Assembly: GCA_038496445.1 (NCBI GenBank) | Contig: JALMLS010000332.1 | Span: forward strand, 1-64,000 | Length of the DNA: 64,000 nt | Reading direction: 5' to 3' | Source: Trichosphaerium sp. ATCC 40318 | Taxonomy: Eukaryota > Protista > Tubulinea | In this document: positions 36,701 through 48,380 of the stretch, piece after piece | Position numbering within the stretch: the stretch's first letter is position 1 | Layout of the letters: the number at the start of each line of letters is the position of its first letter | Made by a program: the position numbers and the translations under genes | Notes under the pieces: generated by a model | What the model was told of the DNA's origin: nothing | The model's input: the letters and a program-made list of their open reading frames with translations, nothing else | Databases searched by the model: none

Positions 36701-38480
36701 ATTATAAAGTGCTCAGCTGTTCTTATTCTAAGCGAAATAATAAGAAGACAAAATAGGAGATCTCAAGAAGATATTATGTGAATTTCTGAAAATAACGAAT
36801 CCACAGTAAACTTTTGAAAAGAATTCTTGATTGCAGTAATCACGTGACAAAAAAAAATTGCCGTAACGTCAGTAAACAGTCGAGATCAAGTTGGACTTGT
36901 ACAACCAGACGAATTAAAAGCAACCAAACAACTAAAAAAAGGTATTTGAGAAAAAACTTACGGTGCGTCAATAGAACGGCATAGAAAGATCTCCGACTGC
37001 TTCTTTGTCACAATGGTGTTACCGACCTTGTATTTGGCAGGTAAGAATCGAAAATATTGAAAAAAATAAAAAGAACAGCGAATGTGGTACCGATATTGAA
37101 AATTCCACGTAAATATTCCCGTCTACTAGTGGTTCAGAGCTTTTCACAAAGTTATCGAGATTTGCTGACTTCGATTGAGGAATATTCGCGTCTTGTATGC
37201 ATTTGAGTCCAACATTGCGTAGAGATGTATCTACTTTAATTTCTACATACGAGTAGTGCGGTACTTTGTAAGAAACTCTAGGCTGAAAAAAAACCAGTTA
37301 ATACTACGATTGACCAAAGCTCAAAAACCAAAAAAGGTGATAGTGTTTACGATACCTTGCTTTTACCGCACAGCTTGAACTCCTTGATGACACCGCTCTG
37401 CATCGTCGAATCCTCAGTATCACTCCAAACTTCATCAGTAGGGGGCGTCAACTGAAAAAAGTTACCAAATAACCATGTCATCATCACTTACAGGTCCATG
37501 ACTATTGAACATCGGATCAGTCGCGCGAGGACCTATATGACCTTGATGGTGTCTTTGCGCGCCTAGAGAGGTATTGTATCTACATAAAAAGAGTCAGAGA
37601 GTTTTCTTAAAACAAACACGAAGCTTTTTTTGTGTTTTGTTTTTTTTTTTATTCTTCGCCCAATTTTATCTGTCTACACGTGCCTCATATTTCCTTGTAT
37701 ATGTGGCGGTTCTTGTTTAACATACATGCCGTCACTATGTCCCATTACTACAGCGCCTAAACCTTCAAAAAAGTTAGTTTACAAAAGCCTTTTTTTAATT
37801 CCGTCCAAATAATACCTGCAGGCGATGACGGATATCCTGTATGTTCCTATAACGATTACAGAGTTAATTCAAATTGCCATTTCTTTTTTTTCTAATCGCC
37901 TACGCGAAACTTACGTCTTTTGCCATATGCCTCTGTACATGCTCCAATTGAGTTAATAACTCAATGCCTCTTGCTATTTTAAAAAAGTGAGATTTACAAA
38001 ACGCTTTGCAGCAAATCTCTGTTTCGTTCTCCCTTACCGTAAGGGATATGCATTGCTTTTAAATACTCTAGTTTTATATTCGCCAAGTGCACACCAGTAA
38101 CGCCCTCACTACAGAAACAGCGTTAACAAAGTAATCCTAGTATCGCAAAAACTTTGTTTTCTTTGATGAAATAACCTCATGAAGAGCTGTACGAGATCGC
38201 CAAAACCATTTCTATCCAACCAGTCTCTTAATTCTGTTTGGTTCCAGGCCTCCAGAGGCTAAAACAAACGATAATTAATAAAAAAACTCGTCTCGATTGA
38301 TTTTTTTAACTTTGAAGCTGTAACTCCATAACACGTGAAGGCATTAACAAAACATAAGTTAAATTAACTCCATAAAGCGGTGTTTGTTACAAAGCCCATG
38401 TGTGGGAGTGTAGTTCTTTTATGCGTGCGCAATACACGTTTATTTTTGATGAGACCAAGAGCACGTACTTTGCCTTCCAT
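33785..38480 (-). CDS. Multidomain protein: SAM - uncharacterised domain - IPT/TIG - ankyrin repeats - Lys/Ser-rich linker - Rab-like GTPase
   Basis: SAM: PLEAWNQTELRDWLDRNGFGDLVQLFMSEGVTGVHLANIKLEYLKAMHIP. TIG: LKIVPP...LLGENI...VHFGRCRC...VQIPP...EVDVIIDG...FVY. ANK: SLLHWAAAFG, GVTPLHVAVAAG. GTPase: GDANVGKT, TVGLDY, WDTCGQERF, GNKID, ETSA. Splice phases traced in frame from ~36727 to the stop; one unresolved join near 36870-36900. Confidence 0.8.
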
Positions 38481-38885
38481 TGTGGTGGTGTATGAAATGT
38501 CCCACTGAGAAGTATTTTGCTCATCTACTGCAAAGTCTGCCATCAGTGGCTTTCAACACATTTTGACTTATCCTTAAAAAAAAATAGTGCACAACTATAC
38601 GCGTATCATTCTCTAAACACCTCTCTAAATAAGCTAGTACGAATAAACGATGTATCGAGAATACAAACGATAGTAAAGGAGTACCATAAGTGATTCTAGA
38701 TGCGAAAAAAACAGAAAAAAACGAAAACGGCAAATCGTAAATGTTACGTTAACTTCTTTTTAAAAAAGAGGAAAACAAACCCGGTTGTACAAAAACTATT
38801 TTACTTTGAACAAACTCTTGTATGCACCTGCCTTTTTTACAACGAAAAAAAAGCAATGTACTGAAAATTTTTTCTCTTTGTTTCC

Positions 38886-41800
38886 TTAACGCTTCCTACG
38901 TCGTCCACGTTTTCCTTTTCCTCCTTTGCCACGATTATTTCTACCTTTACGCCTATTGTACAGTTACAAAAGAATACAAACTGCAAAAGAAGCCAACAAA
39001 TGAAATGGTAACGGTTTTTCCCTTTTAGATCTTTTTTTTATCTTTCTTTCTAAAAACACGCACGTTGTGACGCCATCCGTTGTTGGTAAGTGTCCGGAAG
39101 ACGGAGTTTTCTTGTCTGAAGTCTTCTTTGGTTGTGAAGTAGCAGCTCTAAAAATCACGTGATAAATATAAAAAATGGCACGTGATAGAATTATCCGTAC
39201 GCTGGAGCGGCTGCGCCTTGGTGACCACGAGAACGTAAGTGCTCTGCACGTTGTCTTGCTCTCTTTGACTTTGTATTACGTTGCCAACGTGGAAGCCAAC
39301 GCATTGGATCAGGACCTTCTGGATCTGGATTTTGTGGTGGTTTATTTCTGCGTTTCTTCTTTTTCTTAGCTGCCTATTTAAAAAAATATGAGTTACTAGT
39401 TGATATACAACGTCAACAGACAATTGTAAAGAATTTGGAGTGAAAACAAAGCGCAGATCTTTTTTTTGATTTTTTTTCTTTTTTTGGTCTTAAAGTTACG
39501 TACAGCCTGAGCTTTTCCATCTCCTTTGGTTCCTTCCTGAAAAGGTGTTAGTATACGCAAGTATTAGAATTATATCTCGTACATCGTTTGTAGTTTTACT
39601 CCTTAATGAGAAGATTGGTCGCTTCTCGAGCTCTTCTGGGTTTAGTTCATCATCTTCAGCTTCAAAGTCAGGTATACGATCAGCATACTCTTTGGCTTTA
39701 TTGATATCCAACTCTGAGTAAACCAATGCGAGCAATGTAAGTGCTTCTATGCTGTTACTATAATTTTACTTAGCTCAAACTCGAACAACAAAATTTAAAC
39801 TTCGTTTTTCATACCCATCCGCTTGAAGAAGTTTTTCATAAACCTCTGCAGCTTCCTTTCTACGACCAACTTGCATCTTGAAATCACCACTCTTTCTTAA
39901 AATTTGAGCGTAAGCAGCGCTATCTTGAGGCTAGACAAGTCTGTTAATTCATATTCAAAAAAACCAAAAATGTACAAAAAGAAAACATACCAGCGTTGCA
40001 AGAGCTCTATCTAGTGTTTCTATGGCTCTATCGATATTTTTTAATGACATACATAATTCTACTAAAGTAGCAACCATGGCAGGCGTATTTTTAAGTGATT
40101 CAATAGACTACAACATAAAAGTAAGTAAAAAACAAAAAAAGTTTTTTTGCAGGTACCTCAAGTGTTTCTATGACTTTTTCTGTGTTATTATCGTTTAATT
40201 GAAGTTGTGCCAAAGTAAGCTTAGCTTGTGCGCTATGACCTGGATTATTTTTAATGTGTTCCTATTATAAAAATTAGCTGAAATCTTTGAAGTCTTGATT
40301 TGGTAGGCGTACCTCTAAATGGCGCAAAACTTTGTCTGGTTTTCCTTCTTTTAAGAATACAGAAGCCAATAGTACAGGTGGAATTTCACTCTTTGGTTGA
40401 GCTGCTTCAATTTTTTTGATAGAGTTTCTTGCAGCTTGCAACTAAAATATCATTGATGAGTTAAAACGCGTAAAAAAATAAAAAAAAGCAGTGAAACATC
40501 TCGAGAGATGTTATTCCACTTGTTTGGGGTTAATGTTATCGTACCTTATGCATATCAATCTCTACGAGACATTTATTCAATACTGCTGTACTTTGTTGCT
40601 CAGGTGTTAGTTTTTCAAAGATTTTTGTGTCAACAAGTTTTTTTAATTTTCTCAAAGATTTCTGTTTTGATCCATGACCAGATGCAGCCATGTTATTATT
40701 AGAAACAGCCACTACTTGGGTCTCAGGCTTTCTAATACGATGCGTTAATAAGCGAAAAAAGGTCACTGAAGTCATTAAAGTATGAAAAGCCCAACGTACG
40801 TTGGAGACGAAAGTAGCTTCTCGTATATTGCTACAGCTTTCTCTGTTTCTCCTTTGGCTTGTAGTCTATAGGCAAGTTGTGCTCTGATGATAGCAGACTG
40901 ATATTCAATCTCCTTTTCATCTTCACCATCTTCAGTTAAAGTAGTCTCACAAAGCTCTAAAAAAAACCAGCATAAGTCACAGAAATAAGAGAACTCTCTT
41001 TGTTTGTCTTCTCGAAGTCTTGCTTTGAACTATTTTTTTTTCTTTGTTTTGGATGGTACTCAGTCAGTAACGTAGATATCGACACGGCATCAATTCCGTC
41101 CGCCCGTTCGCAATGCATCATAGTACAAACACAAGAATCCAAAAAAAAAAACGTTCAAAAAAAACTTGTAAAAAAAACGTACTTATTGCCTTCTCTAAGT
41201 ACTCAATACTCTTTTCTACATTTTCTTCAGCACATGCAGCATTAAAACAAAATTCATAGGACTCTTCCATAGCATCCTACTAAGGTGTAAGGGAGGTAAA
41301 AGATGAAAACTAAAATATTCTTTTTTTGACATACAGTGTTGCTTGAAATGAATTTTGTTGCTTTAGTTCTTTCTTCAGATAGCGTTAACGCTGATAAAAG
41401 GTTTGTCTTAAGTTCTACGGTTGTCGTGTCGGATTCTTTAAACAATTTTGTGTATAGCTCTGCACAGCGCTTATAATCGTGTAGGCGGGAGTACTGTATC
41501 TGATGTTAGCGTCGTCGGGTACATTTGGGAAACAAAGTAATGTGGAATACAGAAATGTCTTTAAACTATGAACGTACGATTTGTGCGCGTAGTTTGAGTA
41601 CTCTTGTATCATCCTCTTCACGTTGTATGGTTTTGAGCGCCTCACGGTATTTTCCGAGGCGAAACTCGACGTATGCTGTCTCGAATACTTAAGGGTGTCA
41701 GAAAACGCGTTATGGACGATTATAGAATAAGTACCAAGTGTTTTTTGTAATTCTTTGCCAGATTTGTTTATAAAGTCTTGTGCTTGTTGAAACTTGCCAT

Positions 41801-42002
41801 CTTTGATGAAACAGATAGCTTTGCACTTAAGTGCGTCATTATCTTCTGGAGCATGATCCAAAACTTGTTTTTACGTTATAATCGCATATATTAGGCATAA
41901 AAACGCACTTTTATCGCAAATATGAATTGCTTTCGAATACTCTTCCTCGTTAATAAACTGGCTAAGGTCCCGGAACAAGTTTTCCAAGTTTACTTCTGTC
42001 AT
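38886..42002 (-). CDS. SRP72: Signal recognition particle subunit SRP72
   Basis: TPR-like N-terminus (APEDNDALKCKAICFIKDGKF, FETAYVEFRL); C-terminal RNA-binding motif PDPMRWLPRWQR...RGHQG; basic tail. Confidence 0.93.
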
Positions 42003-42348
42003 GTTACGTGGTACAAGCTGAAAGTTCACTTTTGGTCAAAATCGTTCGCTGTCGAATATTCAAACGAAGTCATAGATCTAAATTCAAAAAACACTGGTGA
42101 GAAATGACACTCTCCAAACGACCTGGCTTTGCAAGACAAGATGTTGTGCTAACCCAGTACGTTTTTACAACATTTTGTGTCACTGTGTAAAGGTACGGTA
42201 ACAAATGCTCCAATAGAACAGAAACCTGATTACAATTTTTGTAGCGGCTGATAGCGCTAAATTGATTAAGATTGTTGTGATCGTTTGATATAGATAAGTG
42301 ACAAATCAGACAATAAACTAAATCATTACATAATTGAAAAAATTTTAT

Positions 42349-44622
42349 TTATTTCTTTTGACTTGTTTCGAACCCGATTTCAAACGTCCTTTGTTAAACT
42401 TGTCAGCTTCATTAAAAGAGACAAAACAAAACGAAAAAACCTTACCTATGCCAAGGATAATATATACTTTTTAACGATGCATCCACTCCATAAGTGGTTG
42501 TAATATCCATAAAATTAGAGTTCAATCGTTTAAAACTGTACCGCGTATAAAAATCTATATCATCGTTTAAATGAGCTATAGAGTCTCCATGAACTTGATC
42601 AACATAAGCAACAAGATCTTGACGGAGTAATGACTGGTAATAAGCATCTTCTAATATCCGTAGACTATTAAAAATCTTATTGGCAGCTGGACTCTTGAAG
42701 AAATGAAGCGTTATTACATTAGCAACTACTGTGCCAACAGTGTTGCCATTAGTATTCCATCCTATGCTCAAATAAGTAAGGAATAAGGCAAAGCAAACTG
42801 AAAGAAAGAACACGTGATAGTTAAGTACCAGCGTAAGCAAAAGTATCCATGTTGAGAGTATTTTTGATAAACCGTGTTGAGAACGCATCCAAGATATAAA
42901 CCCAAGATCAGCTCCATTAGAAAATCTATTATCAACAAGTCCTATTGGTTTAGATGTTTTTACGAAAGATGCAAGAGTTGCATAGTCAGTAAGGTTGTGT
43001 TGTATCGGTTGATCTAAATGAGAAACCAAACGATTAGAATTTGAAAAAAATAATAAATAAAAAACAACAGTTTGACTCACTTGCAGCTTCAAGTTGATGT
43101 TGTCTGTTGAAGTTGTTAACGAGTAAAATGACATCATATTCAGTTTCTCCAGGTTTCATCAGTTGTCCTCCTGAAGCGACAACATGCTGGTTTAATGTTA
43201 AAGCCATACTTTGACCTAAAAGGAAAAAGGCTTTAGTTAAAGTTTGTGACATGAGTTGTATGCACAGACCTTCAAAATTTGGAATGTAGTTCATGGTTTT
43301 AGGATCTCTATATACTACTTTGAACACAGGCGAAACACCTTGTACATTTGATGTAGCTCGTGCCTAAATAACTGAATAAACAAAAAAAACCTCAACATTC
43401 GTCTTTACCAATAAAGTAAGTCCTACTTCGTCAGCACCAGGGTACACAAGATTAGGTAGATTGTACTCATCGATATATTTTTTTAAAGCATCTGATTCTA
43501 ATATATTCAATCCATATGCAGCATTGTCATCTAATGTGACAACCAGAGTTTCAAACAAGTTTGAATTATCTAAAAAAAAAGGTTAACATTCCCGTTACTT
43601 GTTTTCTTTTTCAACTGGTGTGGAGTAGGTACATTTTGTCTTCCATTCGTTTTGATACTCTAGTGCTTGCTTTGATACATTAAAATTACGCTTTCTTCTC
43701 CATAAGTAATCAGAGAAAATACTTTGTGGGATTTTTTTAGAGAATTCTGAGGCTAATTCTTCGTATTCCTTTTGTCCCGTTTTGATGTATCTTAACGTAA
43801 TGTTTATATGATTTCTTGCTTCAATAGAAACTTACTTTGCATGGTACCATGAATACTGAAAGAAATCTATACCATAGGGGTCCCTATTCGAATAAAACGT
43901 TGGTGGCCACGTGATTAAATGAAAAGTTCCAAATAATTTGTTTTGTGAATGAACTGACTGTAGCACAACATACCAGTACCATACATCCTCAAAATTGATA
44001 GTACTATTCTCAATTCTCATTACAGTACTAGATATATACAACTAAAGAAGCAATAAGGATCATTAAAAAAGAATAACAACAAAAAGTTGTCCTCTCATTA
44101 AAGCAACTAAAAGACTCTTCAACCACGCATACCTTGACGTTTGGATACATTTTTTTGTAATTTACAAGTGATTGTAGCCTCTGTTGTGCGTAGTTTGATG
44201 TCACGTTGCTGATACGCGATTGAATCAATCCACCAAAGATGAACCTAAATTGCACCTGTTAACGCAACTCCAGACTGCCGTTTTTCTGATTTTACGTCTC
44301 TAAGGAGATGACAGCGATGTCTGCTTTTGCGATATTGGTGTCAAGCCATTCGTCTAACGCTTTTATGTTTGGAGCAACTCGAATTTGCGGTAATAGGGTT
44401 TTTGGAGGCGTTATAATATTGTACGGTGTTGTACGCGCCAGATTAATAAAAGCATCCCTGTTTCGTTGTTAATTATGGCCAACGTACTCGAAAACCGCAC
44501 AAATGGCGTCGAGTGTACACTAATACGTACCTTGTGGTGAATCTTTCGTCAATTGGTAAGAAAAGCAATGTAGTAGCACTCGCTATATACGCCACAATCA
44601 GAAGTAACGCTAGCAAGCGCAT
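42349..44622 (-). CDS. Secreted DUF4127-family protein
   Basis: Signal peptide; LFLPIDER, IITPP, GGLIQSR, SSTVMRI, TLDDNAAYG, YPGADEVG, SNGAD, GWNTNGNTVG, LED.YYQ, PWHRTFEI. Confidence 0.8.
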
Positions 44623-44720
44623 TTAGTCGGTTGTTGATTGTCAGAAGAAAATTCTTGAATTTTTTGAAATTTCATCAATCTAGCTTTTGATAGATCTAAA
44701 CATCAACTACTATATTCGCA

Positions 44721-45459
44721 ATGGGTGGACTTCTATCGTGTAAACCATGTACGTACATTACAGATTACCGTATGGGCATTAACGGAAGATAACAGTGCAA
44801 AGAAGATTAATCAAACCACAGAGACGTAAGAGGCGTTTTGATAATGGGGTACGATACTATAATGTATGTTAAAAGAACATATGAACTGTAATAGTAATTA
44901 TGCTCTCGTTTAACTGTTTTTTTAATGAAATCAATCAAAAAAAAAATGACATTTCTTTCAACAGTTTACTAAAACATTGTTTTAGCAAAATGCGATCAAA
45001 GGTATAACCAACACATTTGGTGACACAAAAACCAATACGAGGAAGCGACGTACGTGTTTTTTTATAAGTTTCACGTGACATGGTTGTCTAAAACAACTTG
45101 AAGCTTTGTTGTGTTTGCATTTTGGTTCACATTTTGTGTAGGATTTCAACCTGAAGTTGAAGGTAATGATATTGATTCACGGCCCAGAAAGAAACAAAAG
45201 AAAGAAGGTAAAGACAATGATGCTAGTCCTCAGATAGCTTTTGTACCAAATGAGTTTGACCTTAATGAGCGTGAAAAAGTTCCTGTACTGGTAAACGCAT
45301 AGAATAAACACTATGTATTTATATCTTCAAACTAATAATATACTTTACTTTTATTTCTGCATTGCACAGAGCCCAAATCGAAGGTCATCACACATTGGTG
45401 ACTATAACTGTGAGGTTGTGAGCCAATCCGCCCTTCAAAATATTTACAGGTCAAGCTGA
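44721..45459 (+). CDS. Small hypothetical multi-exon protein, possible N-myristoylation (MGGLLSC)
   Basis: GTACGT/GTAAGA donors and hydrophilic exon FQPEVEGNDIDSRPRKKQKKE; no recognisable domain. Confidence 0.45.
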
Positions 45460-45818
45460 AAAAGCTGATCAAGAATGTAGCTGATTAATAATTGTGTAAA
45501 ACTAATTATATTGGAAGAAGACACTAGTTTTCAGTGTTATCCGCATCCTTACAAGTTTGCGCTATATTTATACCGCGGTATTAATATATTTGTCCGTGAA
45601 AGATTAGACAAAACCTTCTGCTAACGCGGCAAGTGGATTTTCACTGAAAAATTCTAAAATACATCAATAATTTTATGGGTTTTGTAACAGCATGAGTGCC
45701 ACTATGAGTAGTTGTACACTATCCCTTGTTTTGCGATATGATGAATACCCGCCTATTTTTCCGATGAAGCCCTGATTTTTACCAGGGTACTCTTGAACAA
45801 CAAACGATTAATCACATC

Positions 45819-47361
45819 ATGCGGTTGGCTTTATCTTGCCTGTTGCTTCTTTTTGTATCGCTAGTTGCTGCAGACTTTGATTTCAGTGGTTTTGCGCCTC
45901 TCCCAGACGGTGCTCAAGGAGATCCCCTAACAGGACCAGCACTACCTGGAGGCACTGCATGGAGGAGCGACATGCTTGCTCCAGGTGTTTATGTTCTACG
46001 AGAAGGTAATGTTTCATGGTGATCACGTGCGCTCAACCATAATCGGAATTAACGTGGTGTAGGAGTCTATCAAGTGCTCGTAATCGAAGGATCACGTTAC
46101 AGAGGACGAGACTGTGCTCTAGTGTTGGACGCTCCAGAGGTTGCTAAAAACTTGTGCGATGCTTTTATTAATGTTTTATTGAGACATGGGCTGGAAACGA
46201 TCTTGTTGAAGCCATTAAAACTGTAACTGACCACGAAGTATGCACATTTGTATATTCTCATGCTCACCTTGATCATGTTGGTAATGCACATCGGATAAAA
46301 GTACGCTATCTCAACTCAAGATACAATTATCAAAATGTCTGTTTTGTTCCATTTTCACCGCATTTGGTTAGCTTCATTCAGGTTTATTTACTAGTTTATA
46401 GGCGGAGTGGCCTTGCGCTCGCTTCATAGGACATAAAGAAACAGCTCGGCATATTAGAGATAGGCTAGATAAATCTGATACACGTCGCCCACTGCCTACA
46501 CGCACTTTCGAAAAACGTGCGTTTAATCACGACAAAATAAAATATAATTTGTCTTTTCAAGACACGTGATATGTCGATTGTTTTTAACAACTTTATCAAA
46601 TATCAGGACTGAATCTTTACTGTTTATTTTCTTAGGTTACAAAGGTTCTGTTGGACATAGAGGACCTACTTTCTACCTTCACTACAACGGAAACGGTCAC
46701 ATGCCTGGAAATATTCTATTTTATTTTCCAAGTGCTAGAGTTGTTTTCTACGTTGATACAGTTTGGCCTAAATGGGTCCCTTTTGACTTTTATGGTACTC
46801 CCAAGCAACGTAGTTATTTCTAATATATTTTTCAGGCCTTGGAAACTTTGTACCAGGACTACAGCGTGACTTTGATTTCCTTCTTGGAGGCACCTTCAAC
46901 TTTGAATACTTTTTAGGTGGTCACTTTGGTATTGGTACGTAAACTAACATCAATGACAATACACTAAATATACTGAACAGGAACACGTGATGATGTGGTG
47001 CAAGCTAGAGAATACTTAACAGATTGCCTGGCGTTTGCTGGACAAGGTCTTTTTAGTGTCTTTCAACAGAACGGTGGAGAAGTTTTCGGACGACTTTCAC
47101 AAGATTCTGGTGTAGGTGATCCAACTGCTACTAACTTTGGCAACTCATTTTTGCTATTTCATGCTGCTTTTGTAGAAGTACAAGATGTTTGTGAACGTAC
47201 GTACAAACACCAAAAGAAACGTTATGATCAGCTTTTTGTGTTGGCTAATTCGTTTAACTATAGCTCTCTTGCGTGACAAGTATCTTGGCGTTCTCGCTGC
47301 AGCTGATGTATTTGCTAGAAGTAATTGTTACGCATGTATGCAAACTCTAAGATTAGAATAA
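45819..47361 (+). CDS. Secreted metallo-beta-lactamase-fold hydrolase
   Basis: Signal peptide; LVLDAP, VYSHAHLDHVG (HxHxDH), GHMPGN, YVDTVWPKWVPF, GGH. Confidence 0.9.
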
Positions 47362-47538
47362 ATACCATAACTTTGTTGTTGTACAACTTTCTGTTTTGAA
47401 GTTTTAAAAAAAAAGCAATCGCTGTTTTTGAACATCAGTTTTTTGCTTGTTAAGTCTTGAAACACTTCTCAAAAGGCTAATCCTCGTGGCAAGAAAGCAT
47501 CTGTGGTACCACGTGCACTATAAGCGTATTTAATCCGA

Positions 47539-48210
47539 ATGGAACAAATACAATCGTTCAAAGCTCCTTTTCAGCATTTTCTTCCTCAACTAAACACCAC
47601 TGAACTTCTCGACGTACCAACAGAGATAATAGCCTGTATACTACATTTGGTGGCAATTTCAGATCGATTCGCAGTTTCTCAATGTTGTAAGGGATTATCT
47701 AGCATCATACATAATATTATTGGATACAAAATTATTCACGTGGATTCTCGTTCATCTTGCCGTCTTCTCTCTAAAAGTCCGTTACTGAAGAACACCAAAA
47801 TATCACTTGTCACACTACCAATACGTGCTGACTCCATTATTTCTTGTTTTGCTGGTGTCCATACAATAGATTTAAGCTTCACATCAATAACAAATAAAGG
47901 TATTTCATGTTTGGCAGGGGTCCATACAATACACTTGTCTGGCACTAATGTAACAGATATTTCTCCGTTGATTGGTGTCCATACAATCAACTTGTCTTGG
48001 TGCTATGGTATTACCGTTAAATGTGTGACAAGTCTTTGTTTTACAAATACGGTTGATCTATCGTATACTAAAGCAAGTGATGATTGGCTTGCTCTACTTA
48101 GTAATGTTAAGCTAATATACGTAAAAGGTTGTAAAAATATAACAGATGAAGTAGTGAATACGCTAAAGAATACAACCGTTAAAGTAGACGAAAGCATTAC
48201 TGTATTTTAA
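47539..48210 (+). CDS. F-box + leucine-rich repeat protein, intronless
   Basis: LLDVPTEIIACILHLV...VSQCCK; repeats GVHTIDLS / GVHTIHLS / GVHTINLS. Confidence 0.9.
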   Translation: MEQIQSFKAPFQHFLPQLNTTELLDVPTEIIACILHLVAISDRFAVSQCCKGLSSIIHNIIGYKIIHVDSRSSCRLLSKSPLLKNTKISLVTLPIRADSIISCFAGVHTIDLSFTSITNKGISCLAGVHTIHLSGTNVTDISPLIGVHTINLSWCYGITVKCVTSLCFTNTVDLSYTKASDDWLALLSNVKLIYVKGCKNITDEVVNTLKNTTVKVDESITVF

Positions 48211-48380
48211 ACAAAACTCAATAAGACAAACACACAATCTCCCTAGAGGTTCCGCTTGGCATTGACTTGACAATATATGCTTCACCCTTAAAGTGATGAA
48301 CATTTGTAAGTGAGAAGTAGTTCCTTAGATGATCGAGACATTGCTTCATTATTAAATAAAGTGAGTCTATCTACAACCTT

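Noticed and set aside
45735-45800. Box C/D snoRNA-like ATGATGA...CTGA
   Set aside because: Boxes are too close together, with no clear terminal stem or rRNA antisense element.
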